NCBI GenBank assembly: GCA_026023565.1
Contig: JAPETS010000016.1
Location: 1 to 64,000 of the forward strand
Reading direction: 5' to 3'
DNA length: 64,000 bases
Source of the DNA: Cirrosporium novae-zelandiae
Lineage: Eukaryota
Shown here piece by piece: positions 12,915 to 25,603 of this stretch (positions within the stretch are counted from its first letter, which is position 1; each line of letters starts with the position of its first letter). The notes beneath the pieces were generated by a model. The model was not told the DNA's origin. It saw nothing but the letters and a program-made list of their open reading frames with translations, and ran no database searches. The position numbers were made by a program, and so were the translations under genes.

Positions 12915-15900
12915 TTAGCCAGAGCACATGATACACTCTTCCTTATTTTCAATGCTGCCTGTAACACGATATTCATTAGTGCGTCATTCCATAAGATCGG
13001 TTGCGAGATAAACATGAAAGTGGCTTTACTCACACTGCAGAACTGCGTCAGCATATATGTCTCCTTCTCGTGAATTATGGACATCTTCCTTATCTTCTTC
13101 TTGCTTATGTTCTTTCTTAGGACTCAGAGCTGGCTCAGGCAAGGGCGAGTGGTTGGGTTGTCCAGTAGGCTCGGTGGCCAATTGTTTGGGACTGTCGCCA
13201 TCCTCTACATCGGCCTTGAATGGAGGGGCTGAAATGGCACTTCTCTTCACTGTGGCAGGAGAGAATTGTCGATTCTCGGTTGTAGCAGACGGAGTCTGCT
13301 GTGGAGAGGGTGTAGTACTCCTTGCAGGGTTCTGTACATACATTGGACGTGGGACAGCCGAGTGGAAGACGGATTGGTAGCTGGTGTGGTTGGTTCTTCT
13401 CTTTGTAGTCTGGGTAGGGGTATTGTCCATTGTCTTTAGGGCCTCTTGGTCGACGGTGAACTGAATGGGTGCAGCAGCAGCCATGGTTCGGAGGTAATAC
13501 ATCCCTGTCTTAAGGCCAAGCTTCCAACCAGCAAAATGCATGCTGGTGATCTTGCCCATAGTCGGCTGCTTGATGTGGATATTAAGTGATTGGGATTGAT
13601 CGATAAAGGCACCACGGTCGGCCGCCATTTGAAGGACAGTACGCTGGGAAATTTCCCACACAGTCTTATACAGAGCTTTCAAATCAGCTGGGATGGATGG
13701 GATATCTTGGATAGAACCACCGTTGGCAATGAGACGATTCTTCATGTTCTCATCCCAAAGACCAAGATCGACAAGGTCCTTCAACAGCCATGGATTAACG
13801 AGCTGAAATTCTCCAGCGAGAACACGACGATAATAAATATTGGTGGTGTAGGGCTCGAAGCACTCATTGAAACCAAGGATCTGGCTGGTGCTGGCAGTTG
13901 GCATAGGAGCAACTAACAAACTGTTACGGACACCATGCTTGGCAATTTTGGCTTTAAGTTCATCCCAGTCCCAGAGATCAGTTGGGGTGACATTCCACAT
14001 GTCATATTGCAAAATGCCCTGAGAAACCGGGGAGCCTTCGTAACTAGAGTAAGTGCCATCTACCTTGGCTATTTCAACTGATTCGGTTAGAGCGGCGTGG
14101 TAGATAGTCTCAAAGATCTGAGTGTTCAGTTTCCTGGCTTCAGGTGACTCGAATGGATATCGGAGAGCAAGGAAAGCATCAGCAAGACCCTGAACACCAA
14201 CAGCAATAGGACGATGGCGCATGTTGCTGTTTCTGGCCTCAGGCACTGGATAATGGTTGACATCAATCACCTTGTTCAAGTTCCGAACAAGTACTTGAGT
14301 GACATCGTGGAGCTTCTTAAAATCGTAGGTTGCATTCTCAATGTCGACAAATGTTGGTAGGGCAATAGAGGCAAGGTTGCAAACAGCTACCTCATCGGGG
14401 GCACTATACTCAACGATTTCGGTGCAAAGGTTGGAGCTTCGGATGGTGCCCAGATTCTTCTGGTTGCTTTTCCTGTTGCAAGCATCCTTGTATAGCATGA
14501 AAGGGTTACCAGTCTCAGTTTGGGCCTCCAAAATGGCATACCACAACTTCTGAGCCTTGATGGTCTTACGACCTTTGCCTTCTCTTTCATAACTCTCATA
14601 GAGCGCCTCGAACTCATCGCCATAAACATCCGCCAATCCAGGGCATTCATTAGGGCACATAAGGGTCCAATTTTCATTCTTCTCAACACGCTTCATAAAT
14701 AGATCTGGAATCCAGAGAGCATAGAAAAGATCGCGAGCACGAACTTCTTCCTTGCCATGGTTCTTCCTAAGTTCAACGAACTCGAAGACATCCGGATGCC
14801 AAGGCTCAAGATAAATAGCAAAGGCACCAGGTCGCTTGTTTCCACCCTGATCAACATATCTAGCGGTATTGTTGTAGACACGAAGCATGGGAATAAGTCC
14901 ATTTGACGTTCCGTTGGTACCAGCAATGTAGGAGCCGGTAGCACGGATGCGGTGAACATTGAGGCCAATGCCACCTGCAGTCTTAGAAATCAAAGCGCAA
15001 GTCTTCAGAGTGTCATATATCCCCTCAATGCTATCATCCTTCATGTCCACTAGAAAACACGATGCTAATTGAGCATTTGGGGTTCCAGCATTGAACAACG
15101 TTGGTGAAGCATGTGTAAAGTATCTTTGTGACATCAAGTTGTATGTCTCAATAGCCTTTTCGATATCTTCCCCATGAATTCCAACAGCAACACGCATGAT
15201 CATCTGTTGTGGGCGTTCAGCAACTTTGCCATTGATTTTCAAGAGGTAAGATCTCTCCAGTGTCTTGAATCCAAAGTATTGGTAGCTAAAGTCGCGGTCG
15301 TAAACAATCGTGGAGTTGAGCTCATCAGCATGCTTCATAACTGTTTGGTATGTCTCTTCCGAAATCATCGGGGCTGGTTTTGAGGTTTTGGGATTGACAT
15401 AGTAGTATAAATCTGATATCACTGCAGAGAATTGTTTCTTTGTTTGTTTATGGAGGTTGGAAACTGCTATACGAGCAGCAAGGATGGCATAGTCGGGATG
15501 GGTAACGGTCATATAAGCTGCAGTCTCGGCGGCCTATACACAATCTCAATTAGCATTGGAATAAAGAATAATCCCAAGATCGGATGACTAGGCCATACCA
15601 AGTTGTCAAGTTCAACCGTTGTGATACCTTGATAGATACCTGTGATAACTCTTTGTGTAATGGCTACAGGATCAACATGATCTGGGTCTAGGCCGTAACA
15701 CAGACGTGAGACACGAGCAGTGATCTTGTCGAACTGCACGCGCTCCTTCCGGTTGTCTATCAGGAAAAGTAGTTAGCATTGATAGATAGATAATGCAGCA
15801 TAGCTATAGACCACATCAAATACAAGCAGGCGGGGGAAGTGCGGGGAGCGGGCAACAACATGCTTGACAATCCTAGGACATTGGACGAAAGGGAGGATCT

Positions 15901-15940
15901 ATAGTTTTATCGGGTGCCTACCTCGTTTGAATACAAACAT
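12915..15940 (-). CDS. RNR1: Ribonucleoside-diphosphate reductase large subunit, 4 exons
   Basis: ATP-cone start [54 protein letters not shown]. The last exon gives the C-terminal CxxC ([14 protein letters not shown]). Confidence 0.98.
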
Positions 15941-16206
15941 GTTGACTAATTAACAAGGTAAATGGGGTCCTATAATGACCTTAGAAGACGGACCGGTCAA
16001 GATCGTGGATGAATTGAACCAAAAGACGGTGGCAATTGGAGATGGGAACAATGGGATGTTTTGTGGTATGAAGAAGATAGAAGCGGAGTTGAACAAAAGA
16101 GGAGTGTTTGTAGAATAATCTCTTCAGAAGGAATGGTCTTCTCTTGTGTTTGATTGTTGTTGAAGAGAGGAAGAAGAATTCATCGGGGGAGGTTTAAGTA
16201 TTTGAG

Positions 16207-17171
16207 TCGCGTCTTGTTTTCTAAGGGAGACGCGAACCCCTTGTAATTAAAGTGTTGGTAAAGTGGTCACCAAAAATTCACGTACTAGCGCGAACACAGA
16301 AAGTCGACGGATGATTCCAATTCGATGAATCAATTCCATCAATTCCCACTCCAGCCTCCTTCAAGGCAGCGGCGCACCGTGCTTTTTAAATTCCCACTTT
16401 TTGCTGAGACCAGATTGATAATCACGGTCTTTGGTGTGTCTTGGTTAGGAGCCTTGGAGGGTTATCGTTGTATTTCAGATGTATTAACCGTATTAGCCTA
16501 GATTGGTTGAAATCTACTCAAGTCAAAGGTGATTCTTCAAAGATACTCGCTCAACTGTATCTTTCATCCCATCTTCTAATTGGTTCTATCCACGAATCTT
16601 GCTCAACAACATATATATATTATACATATAGTTTTACACCTCTACGTCGAGAATCCTATCTGCTGATTATCTTGCTCTCCCCGGGTTAATTGAGATCTAA
16701 TCTTCTCATTCCAAGTCAAGGAAATGCGGAGCATATCATCTGGGTCGGACCTAGGACAGTATAAAAGTCGTCAGCCTACTTGTTTCCCCATCCATTTCTA
16801 GTAGGCGGGGGAACGAAAGGTTGCAGGTATCAGACAGCTCCTATTTGGGAAAATAAAAAACAAAACAAAAATTTCAGCTGGTGCTGATTGGATTTGAGGG
16901 AGACGCGTCGGCCGAATGAAAAAAAAAAAAACGCGCCAAGATAATTTTGACAAGGAGCTTGCCCCTTGCAGCCGTTGATGCAGCTGATTAACCCATGTCG
17001 AAAATCTCATGCAAACCCAAGTTCTTCATAATTAGATTGATACTCGTATTCATTATCTCTTCTGTAAATAATAATAATAATAATAGAGATGTAAGATGTA
17101 ACCATCATTGAGTGAGTTATCATAACTTTTTTCCCATTTACTTTGTACCGTGGCTGATTTTAGTAACGCGT
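16207..17171. promoter_or_regulatory. Cluster of MCB-like (ACGCGT/ACGCGA) cell-cycle boxes upstream of RNR1
   Basis: TCGCGT 16207-16212 and ACGCGA 16230-16235 (an inverted pair), CGCGAA ~16289, perfect ACGCGT at 16903-16908 and 17166-17171. Fungal RNR1 genes are classic MBF targets. Confidence 0.6.
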
Positions 17172-17607
17172 TGGTGGGGCAATATCATTTTGACAATTTC
17201 AACAGAGCTCACGTTAGTGACGTCAAGCCAACCTTGAGGTGAGACCCAAAAAGTACCGGCATATCTAAAGGATAGATAGGCTGTTTCAAATGAGGGGGAC
17301 TGTTGTGAATACAGAGCAAAGCTCCTTTTGCGAGAATTCATTTTTTTATAATATCTATTGCAAAGGACAGCTCACTGTATAATCTCTTGAAATCTATCTA
17401 GTAGAGGATGTCCCAAGTTCAATGATTTCAATTATGCATGTCCTCTTGAATCCCGGTGGCAATGAGATCACAATGAGGTCGTTGACTGTTGTTAACTGTT
17501 GTTGACTGTTATACTCTTCCCTTCTCATTTAAAACAGCCCCTTTACTCTGTTCCTCAGTTCGTCCACTTTATTTTGCACTCATTCTGCTATATTCACAGT
17601 ACCAACA

Positions 17608-18630
17608 ATGGAAGCAGCAAAGAATGTCATGAAGGGAGCTATCAGCTCTGATTCCCAATTCCAGCTAAGTAGTCAAGATACCCCTTTAGCCGCTTTATTA
17701 CCCCAGTGAAAACAAGCATGTTACTCTATTAAGCTTCAACTAACCTATCTATTTCTAGGCCACGAAATTCCAATTCAACATCAACCAAAACCGGGTCTGC
17801 AATCCTCGTTAAAAGGCCCTGATCCCCAAAGCCAGAATATTCCTACCGAAGATGGGGGCTACCAAACGTACAAAGCAGCCGGAAAGCTCCAAGACAAGAA
17901 AGCCATCATTACAGGTGGTGATTCAGGAATCGGTCGTGTAGTTGCCATTCTCTTCGCTATGGAAGGTGTAGATAGCTTGATTGCTTACCTTCCCGACAAG
18001 GAGAAGGATGCTCAGGAGACCAAGAAGAAAGTCGAAGAGCACGGCGGGAAATGCTTTCTCCTATCCACTGATGTAAAGAGTAAGGAGAACTGCAAGAAGA
18101 TTGTTGACGAGGCGTTGAAAAAGTTGGGAGGAATCAACATCTTGATCAACAATGCTGCATACCAAAACATGGTGGAGTCAATTGCAGATCTAACCGAAGA
18201 CCAATGGGAACATACCTTCAACACAAACATTCACCCTTACTTCTACCTTTCTAAATATGTCCTCCCACATCTCCACTCCGGTGACGCCATTGTTAACAAT
18301 GCTTCTGTGAACCATTACATTGGTCGCCCCGACCTCCTCGACTACACAGCCACCAAAGGCGCCATTGTAGCTTTTACCCGGGGTCTTTCTAATCAGATCT
18401 GTAACAAGGGAATTCGTGTTAACGCAGTGTGTCCGGGCCCCATCTGGACACCCCTTGTTCCGTCGACAATGAATACAAGAGCCCAGGAGTCGTTCAGTGA
18501 GACGCCGATGGGAAGGCCTGGCCAACCAAGCGAGTGTGCGACTTGCTTTGTCTTTCTAGCGAGTCAGGATACCAGCTTCATGAGTGGGCAGTGTCTTCAT
18601 CCTAATGGCGGTGTCATTGTCAATGGCTAA
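17608..18630 (+). CDS. Short-chain dehydrogenase/reductase (YhdF/YghA, general-stress-protein-39-like); probable intron 17669-17758
   Basis: YKAAGKLQDKKAIITGGDSGIGR, NNAAYQ, YTATKGAI, VNAVCPGPIWTPL, QCLHPNGG. The 5' exon boundary is uncertain (weak donor). Confidence 0.9.
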
Positions 18631-19093
18631 GTTGAATCGCCCAACATAGGACTATGGGAAGAACTTGTGCGATGAAGAATTGTTAATGATAGCTTAACGA
18701 CTTATAAACATGTATGGCTACTATATCTGATCCTTCAAGGAAATGTGAATGACATAATACATCATGGCCAGTATAATGATTCCTGTAATATGATACTCTT
18801 GTAGAATCAAGGGTGTTTGTAAGTATTGACAATAACGAAATGTATTGCCTACAAACTCTGAAATTATTTTTTCGTTGGTTCTCTCTTCCATCTCCCGACA
18901 ATATGTACACGAGAGGAAAAGGAAATGGTGTACACAACAGATATATTTGTCCACACCTCGCCGCTTGGGGCAGGGTAAGACCACCAGACGCCAGATACGA
19001 GAAATGGACTTTAAATAGTTTATAGGCTCCAGAATTTGCACAAGAGCATTTGTAGATCAGAGGACATAGGAATGAATTCCTGGGAGGGATTAT

Positions 19094-20008
19094 CTACTTT
19101 CGGTGCCACATTCGTGTGATCTTGGTGTTCCGCATCTTCTTTTGGAGTTGGAAGATTCCGTACCTGAATAGCCATTGATGTTAGTATGCATTTTCTAGGA
19201 ACGCCAGACTCATAAGACTAGAAAACTCACATCAAAGCCTCACTGGTAGGCGGGCATCCTGGTACATAGATATCCACAGGGACAATCCTATCACACCCTC
19301 TCACCACACTATAACTGTAATGATAATATCCACCCCCATTCGCGCAGCTGCCCATGCTAATTACCCATCTAGGCTCGGGCATTTGATCGTACACTTGCCG
19401 TAAAGCTGGTGCCATTTTATTTGTGAGAGTGCCGGCGACAATCATGACATCAGATTGACGAGGGGAACCACGGAAAATGATACCGAGTCGATCTTGGTCG
19501 TAGCGCGGGGTGGAAAGATGCATCATTTCGACGGCACAGCATGCAAGACCGAAGGTGACAGGCCAGAAAGAACTTTGACGAGCCCAGTTGGCTATTTGGT
19601 CAAGGGTAGTGCTATCGAAAATTCCCCAATCAATATTTTTGTATTCTTACCATATTCCCAGCCAATTGAAAGTCCGAGACTCACAGCGCATATTGTACAA
19701 ATCCTTTCTTCCCCTCCTGGCTCGGTAATGGAACCTCCCTCCTTACCTTCCCTGTCACGCTCATGGGTGGCGGAGATGCCGGGTTTCCGGCCACATCTGA
19801 TGGTGACATTGCTTTGGCGGATTTGGATGCTGAGCTTGATATCAGGGCAAATTGAGCAGGTCGGAAGGGTAGGATGGTAGTGGTCGCATGTTTCTTGAAG
19901 AGAGGACTAGCTATCAAATTATTAGTTAGAATGAATTGTTGGAACTGTGCTGTGGGGAGAGATACCTAGCGTGGCGACCTTGGTCGACCTTCTAGTTGCG
20001 GAAAACAT
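19094..20008 (-). CDS. NDUFS7: NADH:ubiquinone oxidoreductase PSST/20 kDa subunit (mitochondrial complex I), multi-exon
   Basis: [74 protein letters not shown]; last exon [22 protein letters not shown]. Confidence 0.97.
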
Positions 20009-20415
20009 CGTTTCTGATAATTTTACACAGAAATAATCAATGGCGGTATACTTGAACTGGGGAATTGAACTATGGAAAGAGCGGAGAGATTTAGTAGCAT
20101 TCGGGGGGCGAAAGAGCCCTTACGTTGTTGAGGAGATCGCTGTCTTGGGGTCATTGAATGAGGTCAAGATCAGGAAGGCCATGCGCCTAAGATGGCGCTT
20201 GTGCGCTTATTAGTTATTCCTATCAGCGTGATCCTATTGGCCGCGGAGTTCAATATGGAACTTACCGCCTGTATCGAGTTCATGAACCGACAAGCAAATT
20301 ATTCTTAGTTACAACCAACGTTTCAGCAATCGAATCGACTGTTAGAAGGCCTCCGAAACTTACCAGAGAATAATTTGTACTTTGTGCCCCCGAAAACAAA
20401 TCTGATCTTGGCATA

Positions 20416-21071
20416 ATGGCAACCACTCCTTCTATAGCTTGCATTGGTGTAATTGGAAAGCAAGTATGATTCCAGAGTTACCTTGTCTTTTATCCTACCT
20501 CGTGTCTTACAAGCTCTTAGGATAACCCTCTCCTCATAACGGTCTTCCCGCCCCACCAAGATTCCGAGCTCGAGTTCCACTTCATGTTAAATTCATGCCT
20601 CGACATCTTTGAGATCCGCCAGAACAACAAAGCAATTGACCAGGACCTAGGGTTGCTACAGGCTATTGATGAGAGGCTGGCCATGTATGGTTGGTTAACT
20701 AATACTGGAGTGAAGTTTATGATCATTGTTGATATGGCAGGGAAGCCTGCACGTGCTGAAGGAGCTTGGGGGAAGAATGCTCCAGTTCAGGGATTGAGAG
20801 ATGCTGACTTGAAGCCGGTGAGCTTTTTAATTACGATCTTATGCTTTACTACTTTGAGTTTTGCTGATCCGAGTCCACAAAGGCCTTCCGAGCCTTACAG
20901 ACAGCATATATTCACCTTCTACAAAATCCCTTCTTTACTCCAGATGACCTAGCACCACATGCTGTGGCTACCCGCCCAGACTCTGGGCCATCTGCAATAA
21001 CAAGCCAGAAGTTTATTAAAGAGGTGAAGAGAATTGGTGATGTTTGGGCACCAGGAATTGCCAGTGTCTAA
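20416..21071 (+). CDS. Sedlin/TRAPPC2L-like TRAPP subunit (Tca17-like); introns 20464-20520 and 20818-20882
   Basis: IACIGVIGKQ|DNPL, DLGLLQAIDERLAMYGWLTNTGVKFMIIVD, AFRALQTAYIHLLQNPFF longin-domain motifs. Confidence 0.9.
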
Positions 21072-21968
21072 CCTGGTTGACTCGACCCCGTTTATTTTGA
21101 CTTCGTCCTCATGGCCAGGACTTGAATAACCACACACATCGAAGCCCATCAAAGCTACTTGATTTCTGGATTGATCGAAATCAATGCCTAATTGATGAGA
21201 TCTTATCAACCTAGACCCTCCTTATCGCCGTCATACACTCAAGATGAATGGTTCGTCCCAATAGTAGGCCAAGTGAGTTTGTTAACCAAGCTTGGAACAT
21301 TGCTGTCAATGCATTTAAAAATAGCCTTCAAGATATCTCACCTAATTTTGGTCCTTCATCAGACAACGCGATGTCATCACTTTCAAGTAAGATTGCGATG
21401 ATCGGCCTTTTCACGATACTCCTATCCATTCTTATTACCAACAACATCTCCTAATCAGTTTCGACAAGGGCAGGGGAATTATGTTGGTCAATTTATCCAG
21501 TATAGAGAGAACTGGTTTGCGAATCCTTAAGAGTTAAAGATATCTCAAACAAGGAACCTTTCAGTAGCGTCTTCATTTTCTGATCATATGGGTCTTCCAT
21601 AGCAGGCGAAATATTAACTAATGCGACGGTCCGAAGACGTGAGGTCGGATACATGGATAAGGATAAGGCGGATATATTATCTTCCGTTGAGCCGAGGTTG
21701 GACAAGGACGTGGGGCATTGACGCACTTCGAGGAACCAGATCGGCAGCAAGCTTCCTTTGTACTGTGTAGACTCGCTCGGATAACCACTTCTGAGACAAT
21801 AATACTTTCGAAAGTAGCTATACGCGCCGTTATATTCTACATAATTCTTTGTACAATGCTAGATGGGTTGAATAATGCTACCTATCCCAGCATATCGAGA
21901 AAACGTAACTGCTCATTGCAGTGATCCCGCGGACCCTAGCTCTCTTCTGTCATGGTTCATTCTACCAA

Positions 21969-23270
21969 ATGATCTCAAGGGTCTTTTCAACGTCTCCGCG
22001 CATGACGCCGAAACAGCAAAACACTCGGTCCTTACTCCAATGCTTCTCATATCTCCAAAACAAAGCACCTACATGGAATGTTGATTACTCGCGGCTTCCG
22101 GGTCGCCGGCGACAGGGCTTCGCTACCCATGCCCCCAGCCGACTAAAGACGGCCCTGTTTTTCCCTGGTCAGTCAATCTACTCCTCTTTTATGTATATGT
22201 CCTCTTAGTTGACCTGTTAGTTAGGCCAAGGTGTCCAAAAAGTGGGCATGGCAACGCCATGGCTCGAAGCCTTTCCGTCGACTGCAAAGCCTTTCTTGGA
22301 AGAGATGGATCACTTAGTAGGCTGCTCGCTTTCAAAAATAATTGAAGAGGGCCCGAGCAGGACATTGACAACAACTGAAAACTCTCAACCCGCGATCATG
22401 GCCACCTCGATCCTCATACTTCGGGTTCTAGAAGAAGAGTTTGGGTTCAAGACCTCTGAACGTGTCGACTTCACGCTGGGTCATAGCTTAGGTGAATTTG
22501 CAGCTTTGGTCGCAGGTGGATATATGGATTATCCTACTTCTCTCAAGCTAGTACGCCGAAGAGGAGAGGTCATGGCTCGGTGTAGTCGCCGTGCTAGCGA
22601 AGAGTCTGGCGACTCTCACGGTATGGTTGCATTACTCTGTGAACCTGGTCGCCTCACCTCCCTTATATCTACGATAAACGAATTTCTTCATCACGACAAA
22701 GCCGATGCCTCCGAAGACCCCGCAATCTCGCAAGTTCAAATAGCAAATATTAATTCGAAAACACAGATTGTATTGAGTGGCAACCTTTCAAAGATAAGGA
22801 CTCTTCTGGTTCAATTGAGGCAGTTTAGTGGACATGATCCTAGAGCAGTGATGTTAAAGAGTGACAGCCCATTTCATCACAGCGAGTTTATGGCTCCGGC
22901 CGCGGAGTTTATGAAGAAGTTATTAAAACAGACGGAGGTGAAATTTCCAACGGGAATGCCATGCATATCAAATGTTACCGCCCTCCCATTCACCTCTGCA
23001 GACAATCTAAAAAATCTCCTAGCGAGGCAATGTATCGAGACTGTCCGGTGGTGGGACAGTATCAAGTACCTGGACCAGGAAGAGAAAGTTAGGAGATGGG
23101 TCGGTATTGGGCCAGGAAAAGTGGGAAGGAATCTAGTGGGGAAGGAGGTTGGGATGAGAGGACGAGACCTTGTTAAGGGAGGGGGCGTTTGGGCAATATG
23201 TGATCCAAGAGATATCGAGGATGTTTTAAGAGGATTGGAGCAAACGGAAGCTGCACAGGAAGAGGACTAA
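21969..23270 (+). CDS. MCT1: Mitochondrial malonyl-CoA:ACP transacylase (FabD-like); intron 22168-22224; start codon uncertain
   Basis: ALFFPG|QGVQ, TENSQPAI, catalytic GHSLGEF, ANINSKTQIVLSG, SPFHH, ISNVTA, TVRW; basic N-terminal presequence. Confidence 0.92.
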
Positions 23271-24246
23271 TGTAATGAGTACACGATGGAGTTTTTGGAC
23301 GGTCTTCATGTCGGGCATGCTTTTCTGATATGTACAGTACTGGCTGGTCTAAAAGTTCTGGGACACCAATGTACCATTATGTTTACATATTGTGGGATAT
23401 TTCCAAGACATTGCAGGTAGATGAATACCCTCGGCTTGAATCAAAAACCACTAACATACTTTGCTAGGCAATTGGTATTTCGCTCTTACGACAGCGACAA
23501 CATTCACCGATCCACATTAGCTCTGTTGAGTTACAACAGACGACAGCTTATGTTGCAGTGGTATATGAGCATAACTCAACACTATTAGAGAGCCTTCTAA
23601 GCAAGAGCAAGCTTATGATTGAGAGCGGGATTTAATTAAAATTAACTATTCTATTTTAAAATATCGGCGAGCCTTCAAGCAAAAGGACCATCAGACATAC
23701 ACAGGACTCGTTTACGGGGATGATACTAATAATGGCTCAAGGTTGTATATCCTTGACATGTTGGGTCTAGCGCTTGTATTCCTTGTTCATAGGGCAGGAA
23801 CCTAAGTGTTTGCATGTTTTGCTTCGCAACTTTCAAAATCTCCCACTTTGACATTTAATTCTCTGGCGCAAGGCGAAAAGTGACATGAGAAGAGTTCAAT
23901 AAATACTACATTTGTTTTAGAAGAAGCTTGCTTTTAAATGGCTAATCATGATAATGGTCTATCCATGGCAAGTGGAGACTTCTTGAATATCCAGAGCCAG
24001 CCGCGTCTATCTCCTACCCGGCACACTAGCCTTCAATAATCTCTACTTTGAATTGCTACCACTACCCGCGACCAACTAAAAATAAACAACCCGGGAAAGT
24101 CTTTTAGAGGGCTAGAAACTAAGGGATGGTTTGAATTTTGAGATTTCACATAAGGGCACACATGGTTGGATCAGTATATGAGCTCTACATATTTAGGGAA
24201 AACTTCTTTTTGTATCATAACTAACTGCTTTGAAGACCCACAGTCT

Positions 24247-25382
24247 CTAGCAGCAGGCTATGTTATGATCCTCGTCATCCTCTTCCAAATATTCCTCGAG
24301 ATCATTGAGTGCTTGCTCAAGATTATTTATATACTCTTCGTCTTCCCTATCTTGATCAAAGCGAGCCCTTTTGATTTCAGCGTCATCCTCAACTTATTCA
24401 CTCTTTTCCATACTTATCGTGTCGTTTAATGTAATTTTAATTCCATTGGACTTATCGGATACTCCCCAAAGATTTCCTACACCCGTTATGTCTGGGTATA
24501 ATAAGACCGAAGAGGGTAAGCTACCGTGAAGCTTTCCTTTGCCTATTTTAATATACTAGGTTTCAAAAAGCCTGTACTGGTCCCTTCATCTCCCTTTACA
24601 TTTGAAGAGACTTTTCTGAGCCCAAAGCTATCGAACTGCCTACCGGAATATTAATCAAAGCGGTAGTTACAATGGAACTAACTCCGATTTCGACTTTGGA
24701 GCCTTAAGCATTTAAAATGGGAGCTCTGGTATCTTCTAGAAGATACAAGCCAGCCAGAAACCAAATCTTCGGCCGCCATGTCCATTTCAACTTGTGCGTA
24801 TAGTTGCTTCTTGTTGCAGATAGTCCAGACGCAGGGCAGACTTAGCCCTTTCATCTTATACTACTTGGCCATTAAGAAGGATTTCTGGGCTGTCGACTAT
24901 CGACATTAGATCTAGTGTGGATATTTCCCGAAGAAATTACCCTGAGAATGACACGGGTTCCTGCCAGTGCGAAGTAATCTTCGCCGTTATTCTGGTTAAG
25001 GTTAAGGTTTATGATCTACCTTTTGCAACCTAATCCCCGGGTTCTAGGAAATCCTATACGAAAGACGCATTGAGTGAGATTACTCGAGGAGGTATACCTC
25101 TCTAGCTCTTTGCTGCTATAAAGCTCATTTAAATGACATATCCTAGAATCAGATGAAAAGAGACCTAAGCTAATCATGGGTATAGTGCCTAGCAATAGTT
25201 AGTGTGGTGCATTTTCCCAGTACCAAATTTCTAAGGCAGTGCACCTCCAAACTTTCCCCAACCATATATAGGAAGAAAGTCAGATCATCTAGGGACTTCA
25301 CGATTGTGCCGAATAATCTGAAGAATATTCCTTCAAAGATGAAGTTGTACTTGTGTACAGCCACCGTCTGGCTACTAACCAT
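24247..25382 (-). pseudogene. Decayed gasdermin-like (fungal RCD-1/HET-Q1-type layout) gene with acidic C-terminal tail
   Basis: Hand translation across stops and frameshifts: MVSSQTVAVHKYNFIFEGIFFRLFGTIVKSLDDLT ... IVDSPEILLNGQVV*DERAKSAL ... WRPKIWFLAGLYLLED (24731-24772) ... KVEIGVSSIVTTALINIPVGSSIALGSEKSLQM*REMKGP / QYRLFET*YIKIG ... LLYPDITGVGNLWG ... EDDAEIKRARFDQDREDEEYINNLEQALNDLEEYLEEDDED. The order of elements fits gasdermin-type proteins. The family assignment is inference. Confidence 0.55.
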
Positions 25383-25603
25383 CTGGTATGTCTATTGGCC
25401 TCACTTGAAGGTGCAGTGTAACCTACTCTTTGTGGTATTATATATCAATTGCGGTAGATACAGGCTTGGTACGATATAACACAACTCAACATCAAGAATA
25501 AAATCCTACTTCAGCTAATACAATCCGACTTCAACTTTTGGGTAGCAATTTGCTCGAGAAGGCTGATTTCTTCTACGAATATAGTTGACTCGTACCTATT
25601 TCG

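Noticed and set aside
21248..21454. 68-aa ORF with hydrophobic C-terminus as a tail-anchored microprotein
   Set aside because: No recognisable family. The hydrophobic end coincides with pyrimidine-rich intron-like sequence, so the region is reported only as a possible spliced unit.
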